From: Marsupella aquatica
Lineage: Eukaryota; Plantae; Marchantiophyta
Direction of reading: 5' to 3'
DNA length: 64,000 nucleotides
NCBI GenBank assembly: GCA_973895155.1
Contig: OZ316895.1
Location: 5,536,587-5,600,586, forward strand
Shown here: one piece after another, positions 47,731 to 60,812 of the stretch
Layout of the letters: each line of letters starts with the position of its first letter
How positions within the stretch are numbered: position 1 is the stretch's first letter
Notes under the pieces: model-generated
Database searches by the model: none
What the model was told of the DNA's origin: nothing
Seen by the model: the letters and a program-made list of their open reading frames with translations, nothing else
Made by a program: the position numbers and the translations under genes

Positions 47731-50093
47731 TTACGTAGGTTTGAGTAGCTGCAGTTGAGTTGGATTCTGAGAGATGTGGAAGAGCTGAGGTTTATCAGGA
47801 CTTTCCATGAACTCCATACGAAGATTCGTTCGGCGATGGTACCTGCTTAGGGAAGCCTACTCCCTGCGATTGAAAGGTCAACTCTAAAACCCAACCGAGG
47901 CCCGAGGTTCTTCATTGTGTCTACATTACTCTGTAACGCAGCTGTTGCTGTGAACCTCCTCACACCGGAAGTCCGATATTCAACTGACATGACGTTCGAA
48001 ATGTCTTTTGCAGGGAGTTTGTACGCGGATATGATCCTTGACTTCCAATCGGATATCTCCGCTTCCAATCGGATGGAATTCGATATGTTTTGCTTCGATG
48101 AAAATTCAGGTGTTGGCTCCGAGGCTTGTGCTCCAATTGCGGGTTTGACCAACGACTGAATAGAAAACTCACAGTTTCTATATTGTACCTTTGTAAATGT
48201 GGGAAATCTAACGCAGCAAATGCAAATTCTTGTTAGGCCAGGAGGAAGCTTATATTATAGCGAGGTGTCGTTGTCGGATCCGGGAACTGCAGTGTTGGCA
48301 TCCGATATGAGGAACCCGGTATGACAGCCCGAGGTGTCTGCATAGGTCGAACCTCAAACAAGAGAACTGGGTGGAGCAAGTTGTTGCGGGAAAAGGCTTG
48401 GCAATATTGAGGAAAAGATCAATTGTAGAGAAAAGGATCAAGGATCAATTTTTTGACGTGAATGGAGAGACGTCAAATGACTCCGTGATGTTGCTCTTGC
48501 CAAGGATTTGATACCAGCAATCGAAAGTCGATGAATGAATGAATGACTTGTTTAAGATACAGACCAGGAGTGGCAAAACTGGCCCTCAAATCTTTAGGAT
48601 AGAGCAGAAAATTGAATGCAAGGGAAAGCGGTGCACAATCTCCTAGTGTGGTACATACACCAGGAACTCCTTGTGCAACCCCATCGCAGCAGCAGTTAAT
48701 GAAACGAGTTACCTTGGTGTGTACCAAATTCACTAATTTTTTTGGTATTAATTCTTCGTTGCAAAATTTTCACCATAACATTGGATGGAACAAAGGTCAA
48801 CATCTTCATAAAGATGCCACCGACATCCCTGTCCTAATGCGCATTGCACTTTGTACTTTCTCAACCATTGAATAGAGAACATTGAATGCAAGAGAAGATA
48901 TTACCGTATCTCTCCATTTAACAACCATTAGTATAATCCTGTATCTTGCAAAGGGATGATAGCTATTTGTACTTTTCCAACCATTGAAGAGGGAACATTG
49001 AAAGAGGGCCGCCATCACCAACCATGAAAACAACTCCTACCTTCCAGATGATGACAGCTCTTTGTCCTTTGTCAACCGTTGAAAACATTGAATGCTGGTG
49101 AGGATACTAGCATATCTCTGGACATATCCACCAAATGTAGTCCACTGGAGTGTCCTTCCGAGAGTGTGTCCTTCCGAGAGTTCGGCTTTGTTTGATCCCC
49201 ACAGCAACAAAGAACATTGAATGCATGCAAGGCAGTACTGGCGCTCTAACTTGTAGGTTGAAAGCGAGAGACCCACAAGATTAAAAGAATGTCCAGTACT
49301 ATCGGCATGCTGGGGAGAGAGCCAGAGCAGGGAGAAGTTGGGTGAGCCCTGGGGGGGGGGTCAAGATTCAAAATGTAGCTCTCCGTCACTCTCCGGGAGA
49401 GGAGAGAATGTGAGAGTCCGATGCTTTTTGGGGGACGCGACAGTTACTGTTGTAGCGAGGAACTCAACGGTGCTTTTGAAGCTTACCTGCCTACACCATA
49501 GCCTGCCCTTTAAAAGTAACCTTTCCAAGTTAGTCCACTCGTTACAGCTCTGGACCCTTTGTCCTCTCCTAATAGCTACATCATTTTTACGCTGATGCCC
49601 TTGTCCTATCTTAACATCTACTTAGAGTTGACTTAGGGTAATCTCTGTTTGCACACACCCCGACGTGTGCAACAGCTCAACGCTAGGCCCTCCCCGCACA
49701 TCACAAGCATAGAGTTTTTTTTTCTAAGATTTTGTCAATCCCTGCACGATTTGTGGCAGTTTTTGGTTCTGGATGCCATTTGCTGTCACTGTTATCACAA
49801 ATTGATATCACGACCACACACAAGCATAAGGAGGACGGAGGGGCTGGAATTCTGCAGATTGGTGTGGATAAGGGACGTTGCTCCTTTTTCCGTGCTGCAC
49901 CAACGGAAGGGTGATCTGGGGGACATCCTGCCACTCCTCACATCCTCTCAATGACACCTTAGGGTACTATGGCAAGCAGTCAATCCCGAAGTACATTACA
50001 ACATACACCAAGCAAATCTGTGGCATTTGGACACAATGTAGTCATTCATCGAAAGGTGGTCCTCCTCCATACAGTTCTGAATGCAGAAATCCT

Positions 50094-50931
50094 CTACATC
50101 CTGCCTGACATCCTAGAGCCTGGTACAAAGTAAGCGACACTTACCTTAATGCTCTTTTGCCCCGCATCTCCACTCGGCTTGCCTCCACGTGTGGGGCATT
50201 TCTTGCTTTGATGGTTGGGTGCGCCACACTTGAAACACGAACCATCAGCTTGTGGCTTCTCTATGAGCAGGTCCCTCCTTGCCTTTAGCACAGACAAGGT
50301 TCTATTTCGAAAGTTATTGGTCTGACTTCCGGTTGTGCTTCACATCTCCACCTTGGGATTGTGGATCTGAACCACCGGATCCTGCCCCCCTCGCATTGCT
50401 TGCACTTGTTACCAGGACCTTTGGATTTGCCAGTTTCATGACCTTCAGATTTATCCTTGCCACCCACCTTCGCCAGAGCTGACCGATTATTTACCAGGAT
50501 AGTGGCCGTGTCGAAGGCAATAGAAAACATTTTGAAGTCATGACAATTTCGTGCAACTTTTCCCTGGACAATGGTGAGCTTCATTGTTGGGTTACCTAAG
50601 TGAAGCTCTGTATGAAGGATCTCTTGTCTTGTTAGGATACACGCCAATTGGTTCTGGTAATAAGTGATGAACCTTGAAGCTCATCTCTGTTACACATTTC
50701 TAGGCACGTCACTTAGTGATGACATGGGCATGGAGTCACTCAACCAGATTTTCCCAAGTAAGCGGCAAGGAGGAGTCCTCACACGCCTTCTTCAATGACT
50801 TGTACCAAGTCAAGGTATAGTCCTTGAGGTAAGGAGCAGTTATGGTAGTCCAAGTGGAACGCTCTACACACCCTTGGAGGTGAATCTCCATCGTGGAGAG
50901 CTAACTCAAAACTTTAATTTGTCCATTTTGC
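50094..50931 (-). mobile_element. Decayed Ty3/gypsy gag (capsid and zinc knuckle)
   Basis: Stop-interrupted MEIHLQG...TAPYLKDYTLTWYKSL...LTWENLVE, and a CCHC knuckle CFKCGAPNHQSKKCP. Confidence 0.75.
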
Positions 50932-51153
50932 TTATAGGCTCCGTCGTAAGTTGGAGGAGTCGGTAACTGGTGTTCTCACTTGGAACATACTCCTTCCAAC
51001 TACCAATCCCCCCTCAGGACGTGACACACTCTGACTACCCAGAGTTAGTAAGTACTTAATTTGGCCCCCCTTGTTATCTTCCAACGCTAGATAAATAAGA
51101 TGTTGGTCTTGAGCCAACTACCCTAAGCCGTCATCACAAGCTAATGGCCGACT

Positions 51154-52220
51154 TGTGACAATGGGGGGACATGTTCATGGCCCAAATAACATAGTTTGTC
51201 TTAAAGTTTGTCCCAACACGTCGAGACCAGAATGGCCCCAACTCTAGCAACCAACTCCCGGTTCTCACTACACTGATGGCCTAGGGGCCAAGTGCCCTTG
51301 GAACTCAACCTCCATGCCTACTTGGCCTTGCCTCCCCAACACAAGCTCTCTTGGGAGATTGAACGCGGCTTGGCTGTTGTTTCGGCAGGATTTGGCAAGT
51401 GGGCGAGATAGCCCCCGCAAACCTCAAGAACCAATGGCACCCCTAGACCTAGATGAGCTCAGGAGGATATAGTTCGCCTTGAGAGATTTCCAATGCACCC
51501 AAGAAGTCCTCCAACAAACTTCCCATTGGGAGGTATTGCCATTTTTGTTTGACATTTTCCCTTAGTTAGTGTCGCAATTGCCATGGCTCACGACTTCGGT
51601 TTGCCCTTATCCCCGAGGGAGACATCGCTCTCCTCATATATGCTTTTGGAGACCTGCCACCCCCAAACCTACTTTGGTCCCCAAATTTTGGCCCCCCACC
51701 TGGACCCCAACCCGCATGTCTGGGCGTGTCACCAATTGGCTATGCCCATAACTTTCTAGTTAGGCGTCCGTAAGCGGAGTGCCTTAGCCCGTTGTGATTG
51801 GCCCAACCAGTGCTCATGCCTAGGCCCTCGGAAACCATCATTGCTCGGGGCCCCCAAGCGGCCAGACCTGGGTTGGGCTGTAACTTGTGCCCAAGCATCC
51901 GTTGTGCATGAAGTAAACTCCATTAGCCCCCGCATTAGCCTTGGACCCAAGAGGAGTTCTCACTCAAGCCCTCATAACTCAAAGTTTGTCGGGGGGTTCG
52001 GATAGTTCACCTTGAGTTTGCCCCTTTCCCAGGACCCGACTAGCCCTCAACTAGTCTAAGTCCATAGTGTGTGTCACCGGCTTAGTACCTTTCCTTTGCT
52101 AGTGCCACGCCTCATTGCCCACCAGTCTCCCCATGCTAAGTCCTCCCCGGATGGCCGTTTGGCGTCAGAGTCAGCAATGTCAGAGCTAAGTGTTAAGGTA
52201 GTCGAGTTCCGCGACTTGCA
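51154..52220 (-). mobile_element. Putative LTR (about 1.07 kb)
   Basis: On the minus strand the PPT-like AAGGGGGGG (52229-52221) directly precedes TG at 52220. The segment ends TGTCACA at 51154, followed by a degenerate PBS-like sequence and gag. No second LTR copy is visible in the window. Confidence 0.55.
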
Positions 52221-52669
52221 CCCCCCCTTAAAAATGGTCACGTCCACATGACCTAAGTAAACGTCCCAACACGCCTAGATCAGTTTAGGTCTGAAAAATA
52301 TTATAAGGTAACAAATGGTTTGCCCATAAGGCTGATGCAAAATAGGTTAGTGTGCACATTCTACACTTAGGAAATTCCAACAAATCCCACTTATCCAAGT
52401 AGGATGCCAGTCTTAGCAAGTAAGCCAACTCCAAAATTGTCGGACCCTTTGTTCTCCCCTTGGGGTACTACCCTTTAGCTCAAACTAACCAACCCACAAA
52501 TGTGAGGCAAGCACCTTCAACTTCCACTCGCAAAAGCAAATTGGCCGCCCAACAACCTCTAGTACCCAAGCAATCCGACTTTATTCTTAAGAGGCGAAGA
52601 GGAGTGAAACTAGGATACAACTCACAAAGGTAGCCAGAGTTGCCTGTACCAGGTCACAACGGCGGTAGG

Positions 52670-53292
52670 CCGCTTTGCTTACAATAGCTATCAAGGATCT
52701 CTAGGGCATTACCCAAATTATCTTTCAAGTACTTTCGGCCTGGTCATAGCCAACCTACTTCACCAAATAGTCTAAGATTTGCCTTCCTAGCTTGCGTTTG
52801 TAACAGTGGTCCAGAATTGCCTCCACCTCAAACTCCTCCGCATCCTCCACCAGCATGGCATTTGGACGCAAGACTTGATCCTGGTTGGGATCAGTATCTT
52901 TGATAAATTTCTTGAGTCGGCTGACATGGTAGCTTTTGCTTACGCCCATTTCCTTGGGTGTCTCCAACACCACCAAAACTGGATTATCCTTGTGGGCCCA
53001 TTGTATTATGCGATAAGGCCCCGCATATTTGGGAGCCAACTTCCTACTTATATATGTTCCCGTGGGATTGTTCGGGTCTCAACTATAACCAGACGCTCTC
53101 CCCAATTTCAAAGTTTACCTGGCGTTGATGCTTATCCCCTTGCTTCTTGTACCGACTTTGGGTAAGGGTCATACCCTTGGTAGCCGCTTTCACAACTAGG
53201 CGCCACTCTCGAATAAAATTGTCTACAAAAGGAACCTTGTTTTCTGTCCACCAAGCTTTTGGATTTATGAAGTGTGGGGATGAAACGGCCAA
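52670..53292 (-). mobile_element. Chromovirus integrase C-terminus with GPY/F motif and chromodomain (decayed)
   Basis: RQVNFEIGESVWL, APKYAGPYRII, YHVSRLKKF and EEFEVEAILDH...DYLVK*VGY. Confidence 0.88.
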
Positions 53293-53309
53293 AGCTCCCT
53301 AGAACCCCT

Positions 53310-54741
53310 CGTACATGCTGATCCTCTTCATAGCTAAAGTCTTCATGATCGTAGTCCTCCATGCCTACCCTTCCGGCCTGGAGCTCGAGTTCCTTGTGGT
53401 CTTCTTCTTGACTGGCCGTAAATGCGGCCTTGTGCTGGAAGGAGTGCACGGGTGCCGGCTTTGGTTTTGGCTCCCATACTCGCTTTTCCCTCTTTTCATT
53501 GTGACATGGGACTTCGGGCCCTCATTCCCCGGGTTTTGTCCTTTAGCCTCCCACATACATCCGCACTCCCTGGTCTTGCACTTGCCCTTGCATTGGCCTC
53601 CTTCTTTCCGTGGCCCTGGCTAAGGGATTTGCTCTTGTTGGTCTTCTTGGGCTTGCCTCTACAACGGTGCTTTGCACCCTTGCTTGTACCGCGACTACTG
53701 CTTCTCCTTTTGCAGCATTTGTGTCAAACTCTCCATGGCTGGTTGCTTTCTTGGCATGGGTGTTGGCTTCGGCACGAAGATCTGTAGGGCTATGGAGCGG
53801 TTTGGTCTCCCTTGCTGCCGGCCTCTCTTCCGACTCGTGTTGTAGTGCCCTTGTTTGCAAGGGGAGTATCGGTGCAAAGGGGTCTGACTCCGGGCGTACC
53901 AACACAACAACGACATGTGATACCCAAGCCAGGACACGCTCCCCTGGCCTATCACTTGTTGTTCCTCCTTCAAGATCTTATTCAAATGGGTGAGGAGGTA
54001 CCCATTGTAGTCCCGACTTGGGTTTGGTCTCTCTGCAAGGTGGACCTCAGGTGCTTTGCCAATCTCTGGCCTTGCCAAATTGCAATGCATGGTCACCCGC
54101 AGAAAATCAATGATTTCTCCTATGTGTTGGCTGGTGCAGGTGTTCGGGAAGAAGCCATTCTTTGTTGATGACTCGGGGAACAATCTGAACTCCTTATCCA
54201 GCAAGTTCATCCCGGAGTCCACCTTGGTCTTATTGCCTATTGGCAAGCCAAATACCTCGACAATCACTGGGGCAATCACCTTGGGTATGAGATAGAATTA
54301 TACCCTCCTGTATACCTTGGTTGCGTTTGAATTGTGACCCCTTGATCCCACAAGTTCCAGCAAGTCTGATTCCGACACCTTTGGCTTCAGCCAAGGTAAT
54401 CTAAAAAAGGTCTCTAAGCCGGATCCCACCATGAAGCCTTTGTACTTTTGGGATTGCATGGCTGTAAAACATGCGTCCTCTTGTTGTGAAAAATATAACT
54501 GCACCTCCTTTGGTAGAACCGTCACCCAGCCCTTCCATGTGTCATCTATCGTGGGGATGGCGTTGACTGGATCGACCTCCAATTCTTTGCCCCCCTCCTG
54601 CCTCTTTCTTCTTTGCTCGGCAGGCTTTCTAGGTGCCGTCGACCTCATTCTTTTTTCTGGGGTGTCTTCTTTGTTGATGGGTACCTTCCTCTTCATGGCG
54701 GCTGCTCTTGACGACTCCCCAACACCATTGCTTTTGTCCAT
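53310..54741 (-). pseudogene. Frameshifted TE accessory ORF (possibly plant-mobile-domain-like)
   Basis: Consecutive ORF pieces 54741-54298 and 54279-53695 plus low-complexity tails. Motifs GLETFFRLPW, IVEVFGLPIG and KNGF. Confidence 0.45.
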
Positions 54742-56659
54742 GCCGCTGTGCTACCCTTCAGGTCCAAATTTTTTTCGTTGCAACGGTTGATGGCCTCACG
54801 AATGCCAAAAATTCTGTTTTTACGGAACAATAGGTCGTCTAGCTGATCGATAGAAGGCGTCTACAAGTTCTCCTCCAAGGAAAGAAAACCTATGCAACTC
54901 CCACAGCCTAGCGAGCTCTTGTCTTTCTTGGGATGCTCTCTCCAACTCCTTGTCCTCGTAGGTTCCAATGTACCCAGTTGCTCGTTCAAACATGCATCCC
55001 CAAAAATGTGCAGCTTGGTTGATGTTGCTCATTCTTGCTTTGTGTTGATGCTCGGTATCTGCTTCCGCCCCAAGTGCTTGCCTAAGCAGCTAACAGTTTG
55101 TTGACTTCTCTCCGTAATCCTCTGTTGATCAGTGCTTGCAAATGAGCTGCCGCCCCTGGTGAACAGTCCTTCCCCCCCTCCTGCCTGCCTTTGCCTGGCT
55201 GCCTGTTGATTGCCCATGGCCGACTGTGCTTAGCGTGCCCTCACCCTAATCGTGCCTTCTGGTTGTCATTACGCCCTTACTTTTTGGTCTCAGCTCGGGT
55301 TCCATGGTTACACTTAATTGTTTAAGTTTTCCCTTTTTTTCTCCCTATACTAATGCGATTTAGTGTACACCACCTGTGTTTACTTTATTAAATGGCCTAG
55401 TGATTCCTGGCTAGGCATCATAGGTGAATCACATCTTGCTATTGTGTGCCTTCTCCAAGGGAAACCTTGTTCAACTACAACGTGCACATGTCTTTGTGGG
55501 AGCAGTGTTACCTGAGGAGTAGGACATAACTATGAAATTGCGACGTCCTCTCAAAGCTGTTGTGTGTTAGCAATTTTGTAAAGATTGAAATATGCACTTC
55601 ATGCAACACTCACATCCCAATCCACAAGGGGTTGGTCAGAAATGGTGGCACAGACTTGGGATCTACCTTTGACGTGATTGGGCACCAAACAGTCACCCCA
55701 GGGTCTTCATTTATTTCCTTTCTACCCATCACGTGAATGCAAGTATAGGGAATAATTTTTTGTAGAAGAACATTAGGGTTTTTTAATTCAATTTTGAGAA
55801 TTATAATAAATGATAGTGTTTTAGAAATAAAAATTGGGAATATTTTTAGAATATTCCAAAAATATTGGGGTAGAAAAATAGTTAATGTTTTTCCTTGATT
55901 TTTAGGGTGTTTAATAGCTAAAAACATCAAGCATGATATAAGACCCCCTTTAGAGTGAGGCCCCCAAGAATGTCACAAGATTAGGACTAGGAAGCTCACC
56001 TTAGGGGATGCCCAACGTGAGATGTCCCATAACTTTGGTACTTCCACGGCAGGCCTCTGGGAAATCCACAAAGACACCCTCCAGATTCCACCTGTCCCTC
56101 CCCGTCCCCCATGAATTATTCTTGGATCAGGTTCTGGAGTTGCACTACAGGCAGATCGATAAGGTTCTTACCTTACCATGGATCCACTCTGAATGGAAAC
56201 CTTGCCAGCCTGTCATTAGGAGTGTGCTACTCTCACTATTAATAGTCTCTAAATTGCTTGAATGTTTAGTTTCCCTTATTGGGTTCAGCTCCTTGCTTGG
56301 TATCGTGCCCCCCCCCCAAGCCCGGTTTCACATGTAGACCCTTTCTTGGTTCTGTGGACATGTGTCCCTTTAGTTGGGCCTAATTATTTTGTATGTTGGC
56401 TATTTGAATGGAATTTAACTGAGTGGTTTGTTTGAGGCAAAAAAAGAAAGTTCTTGATTTGAACACACGTACAAGAAAACAATCTGTCCATATTTCAAGC
56501 TAGAGGTTTGAGTCATTACATTGCTACTAGTGTTAGTAAGCTTGAGTCAAGCTTGCACAAGTTCTTAACTATTTTTTCAAATGGTTTTTTTCACACTTCT
56601 TGCTTTGGTGCCAGTAAGAAATGGGTTTTTACAAATGGAATACTCGTAGTATAGCATCA

Positions 56660-57100
56660 ATGTTCATGCTGCTGAAATTGAAGGTGACCCTGCAAATGCT
56701 GTAGACATTTTGAAGAAGGCTTGCTGCCAATTATCTGAAGGGGAAACAATCCCTCAACTTTGATTAATGGCAGCTTCGGAAGGACCCCTCAATTTGCAAT
56801 TATCGCGCAGAGGAAGGGCAATGGAAAGGGGGCAGTAAAGAAGACTGATGCCCAGCAAAGCAGCAATACAAGAGACATTACTGAAAACAATTTCACCTCT
56901 TCATCCTAGCGGCCCACAGGAAGATATAATATCTTGCCAATTGAGACCAATTGGCAACAAGGCTGTTGCAAAGATGTCCCAAAACTTGCTCATTCAGAAC
57001 TGGCCCTTGTGCACAATGTGACATGGCTTTACCTAATGCCAAGCAAACCAAGCTCATGGAGAACCGAGCAAAATCTGCAACTTGTTCACAATGAGAGCAA
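56660..57100 (+). pseudogene. Possible PIF/Harbinger ORF1 (NAM-associated-like) remnant
   Basis: The degenerate translation includes WQLRKDP and LRPIGNKAVAK, resembling WxxLRxxPKW and RPxGxKxAK motifs. Confidence 0.3.
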
Positions 57101-59730
57101 GAGACCTTGATCCAGAATTAATGTCAAGCCAGAGAGTTTTTTTGAGGCTGCTCTATGGGGGGACACTCTTTGGCTATCTTGTCTCATTCAAATTGCTTGC
57201 AATGTATTTTAATGTATTTTAATGTTAATCTGGTCTAATCTATGCTTTAGCCATGTACTATTTTGACATTAGTCAATTTTGGCAGCCCCTATAATTTCTC
57301 ATTTCATTAGTTTTTATTAGGTTCCTTACATATTATTTATCATTTTAAGGGACATTTTTCCTTACTTGCATGAGAAGGTTAGACACTTCAACTAAGCAAC
57401 TAGTAGATCCTATTCATTGATGTAGTGGAGATATATATGTCCATTGGTTATAAAGTTTTCAATGTTTATGGTTTAATTAATTATTGATCAACAAGTGTCA
57501 CCTAAATAGAGAGCCCCACCAAATAGAGCAGAAAATTAAAAAAGAACAAAGTTAACCTACTTCTCATTGAATCACAAAGAACTGTACCTAACATATAGAG
57601 GTAAATTGACTAGTACCTTCAAATTAATGCACTTGTCCCACCCATAAAGTATTGTACTTGAACTCTCACTTTTGAAAAAGAGTGTATTTTTTCATAACTT
57701 TCTTATAATCATTCTTAAAATACTTGTGTTTCATAAACTATTCAAATTATAATTTCTCCTTATATGAACGCTTATAATGATTGTTTGAATTCTTTGGGTA
57801 AGTCAAAATAGGCATATATCAGGATCAACATGCTATCCAGAATTTAAAGACCACGGGAGATGGAGAAGTTCAAAAAACAGCAGCAAAAGTTTTTTCCTTC
57901 TTTCATGGCATATGACCAATCTTTATGCCTGGCAACAAGATATGGATAGTCGAAAACCTTTTTTTGTCCCTAACCTTAACTGAACCTTAACTTAATAATA
58001 GACCCTTAACTTAGCCTTAACTTAATAATTAAGGTCTATAGCCCTTAATTATAGACTTATAGCCCTTAATTATAGACGCAAGAGAAGTTGTCACTAACCT
58101 TTTGGAGGTGCTCTAATGAATGCTCGGTTCGAAATCACTACTTTTGATTGTCTGCCCAGCCACTCAGTCCCGTAGTAGTGGGGACCCCTGAACTGACGTG
58201 GGGTACAGGGTACCATCAACTGATAAGAAGTCAGAGATCTGGCAGGCGTCCATGAGCTTGACGTCTGAGCCACAGACCCCATTAGTCAGGATCCGACGGT
58301 ACTCAAAATCTTGTGAGATCTATCGGTCAGAATCTAATCTAAGAGAATTGGATAAGGGGTAGAAGTCCCATGTTTCGTTTCATACAGTGCAATCAGTTCT
58401 AGTTATTAACTCAATGAGAGGTACCATTTTCGGAGAAGTTTCGAAGTACTTTGATCGATTGTAGTTTGCAGATCGGGAACTGAAAGCTTCCGCATATGTG
58501 TGAGACATACTCCTAGCTAAAACCCCAAGATTCACGATCTCCCATGAGCCGAAGCGATGTCCACGGCCACCATCTGAGCTGGGCTCCATTTAGCTCGAAC
58601 ATGAGCTCCAGAGCTTTGGTCAGAAATCTATCGATTTCGAAGTCTACACCATAGCAGCAATAATGCGTAGACCGACAGCATGTGGTTCTAAAGTTTTAAC
58701 ATGTCTATGATCAACCAATTGCTATACTCCCGGGATTGGGGAAGCCATACCCAAACGAAAAATTGCATTGTGACACGTACACAGTGGCTTGACGATATGG
58801 AGATACGATACTCGGTAATATATGCTGACACCTGCCAGGACTGACAGAAAGACTGAGCATTGTGATTTTCAGATACCAAGCTCGCAGTACTTCTCTCATG
58901 TGACCATTGCAGCACGAGAAATTCACCGAAAGCATCACTTGATCGATAGAATATCAAAGATTATTGCCATTCACCGACACATGTAGCATGAAGTAATTTA
59001 GGTGTAGTCAAGAACAAGAACAAAAGAATGTTAGCTGCACTTGACCATAGCAACTTACATTATACAATCATTTTCGTGGTCCATTAAACACATTGCTGGA
59101 CTATCTGGACACAGCAGAAAGTATTCACTTGAACGTAGAAGGATTAAAAGTACGTCATTCACTGTTGTGATAAATTAATGGTTACAAATGTTGCGTCATG
59201 GTGAAATTAATGGTTACAAATGTTGTGTCATGGTGAACTGACTAGTACATGATATATATGGTACACTGGCATGGAGAATGGTTCACATTCCGAATATTTT
59301 TACCTGCCTCATAAAATGTAGTTCAACGAGCCGAGCAGAATTTAAGTTGTGCGCATAAAGCTGCCCTGACCAGAAGAGAAATGGAGCATTGGCGTGAAGT
59401 TTGATCGTAATAGGAGAAGATCGCTGTGAGGTACGTGTTGGATAGTTTAGTCAGATTCAGAAGTCTGGGATGAATAGGTGAGTGATCTCCTCGATCAAGA
59501 TGTCGAGTTGATGCCGCTACACGACGCGACTTGCTACCAGGCTCGTAATTATTTTTAATTTCTAACCTGAGCTTGTACTCCGTCGTTGCGAGTGCAACAA
59601 AGAATCATATTCTGAAAGTGGAATGCGAGAGTAGCCAGCGAATCATGCATGAAGCTTCAATATATTGTTGTCGGATTCGATCCCGGACTCGATAAGGAGC
59701 AATAGACGCGAGGTTGCAATTGAAGAGCTA

Positions 59731-60812
59731 CTACCACTTCTCCGACTTTTTGAAAAGCTTCCTGCATTCCGATAGAAGATCTACAGCATTGATCGGATCC
59801 TTCTCGCTGCCAATGACTGTAACCTTGTTCTCCACCCAGTCAACTTCCAACTTTTCGATGCCTGCAGCAATGCGTCAACCTTTGAGATCAGTGAGAAAGC
59901 CTCATTGACTACAGCTATACTCGAACTGGGGGATAATACGTACGGATGGATCACAAGCTGCTAGACAAGAATTATCTCAATCTATCTTGCTCATGACATA
60001 GCTCGAAAGCCAGTCCACGCTGTAGCGCGCGTCCAAATTGAATTGAGCCCCAATAGATGCAATTAGTGATCGGCAGCTCTAAACGTGTCCCCTTTGCTTA
60101 CTTCCAGTCTATGGAGAAGCCACTGTCTATACACAAAACCGAGTTGACTTCGCCACAAAAAGTATACTGTATCTTACTCCCAAACGATTAATTCCATCTC
60201 TGGGAAAGAATTCGGTGACAACAAGCCTTATATGGCCCATGAATACCTCGTGTGATGCAAAATCATTTCTTCCTGCCAAACAATCTAATTCTTTATGAAG
60301 TCAGAGTCAAAGCCTAGATTGTTCGAAACTACCAGGTAGTGTCTTCAAGTGGACCTCCAGCCTCTCCTCGCAATCAGGACAGCATATCGGAACCCTTACC
60401 AGCATCGGCTGCACAATTATACAATTGGCAACAATCCACAATTTCTGCTAAGCAGATGAAACGAATTCATATATATTGTTCAAGTCAGTAAACTAGAAAA
60501 GCGCCAGAAAGAGAGTTGACAGCGTGAAAGTTCAGGCGACGCAAAGAACAGTAAAGCTTGAAGGAAAAAACACATGAAGGATCCCTCATGCAATCTGGGC
60601 CCGCTTCGATCCACGCAGCTTACCCCAGGCTTTGGAGGCGGAGGTGGCGGCTTCGGAGGCTCTGGCATATCAGGATAGTATTGCATAATCTCCTTCAATT
60701 GCACCTCGTCTGAATTAATAATCCATACTGGTTCGTATTCACCGTGGAAAAGAAGCTTGGTTGCCTTCCGCAGTGCATCATACTGTTCAAAGGTCGAAAA
60801 GTCCAGGGCCAT
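59731..60812 (-). CDS. Small heavy-metal-associated (HMA) domain protein with a Pro-rich linker
   Basis: Exons 60812-60624, 60408-60333 and 59861-59731 join in frame: ...PEPPKPPPPPPKPG-PMLVRVPICCPDCEERLEVHLKTLPG-IEKLEVDWVENKVTVIG...KKSEKW*. The CCxxC metal motif is present. Confidence 0.88.

Noticed and set aside
48470-49330. Expected protease/RT region downstream of gag
   Set aside because: No RT or protease motifs were found, only degenerate repeats containing AACATTGAA roughly every 100-120 bp.
49649-49685. Hairpin TTGCACAC...GTGTGCAA followed by CTAG as a Helitron 3' end
   Set aside because: CTAG is followed by G rather than T, and no 5' TC end can be identified.
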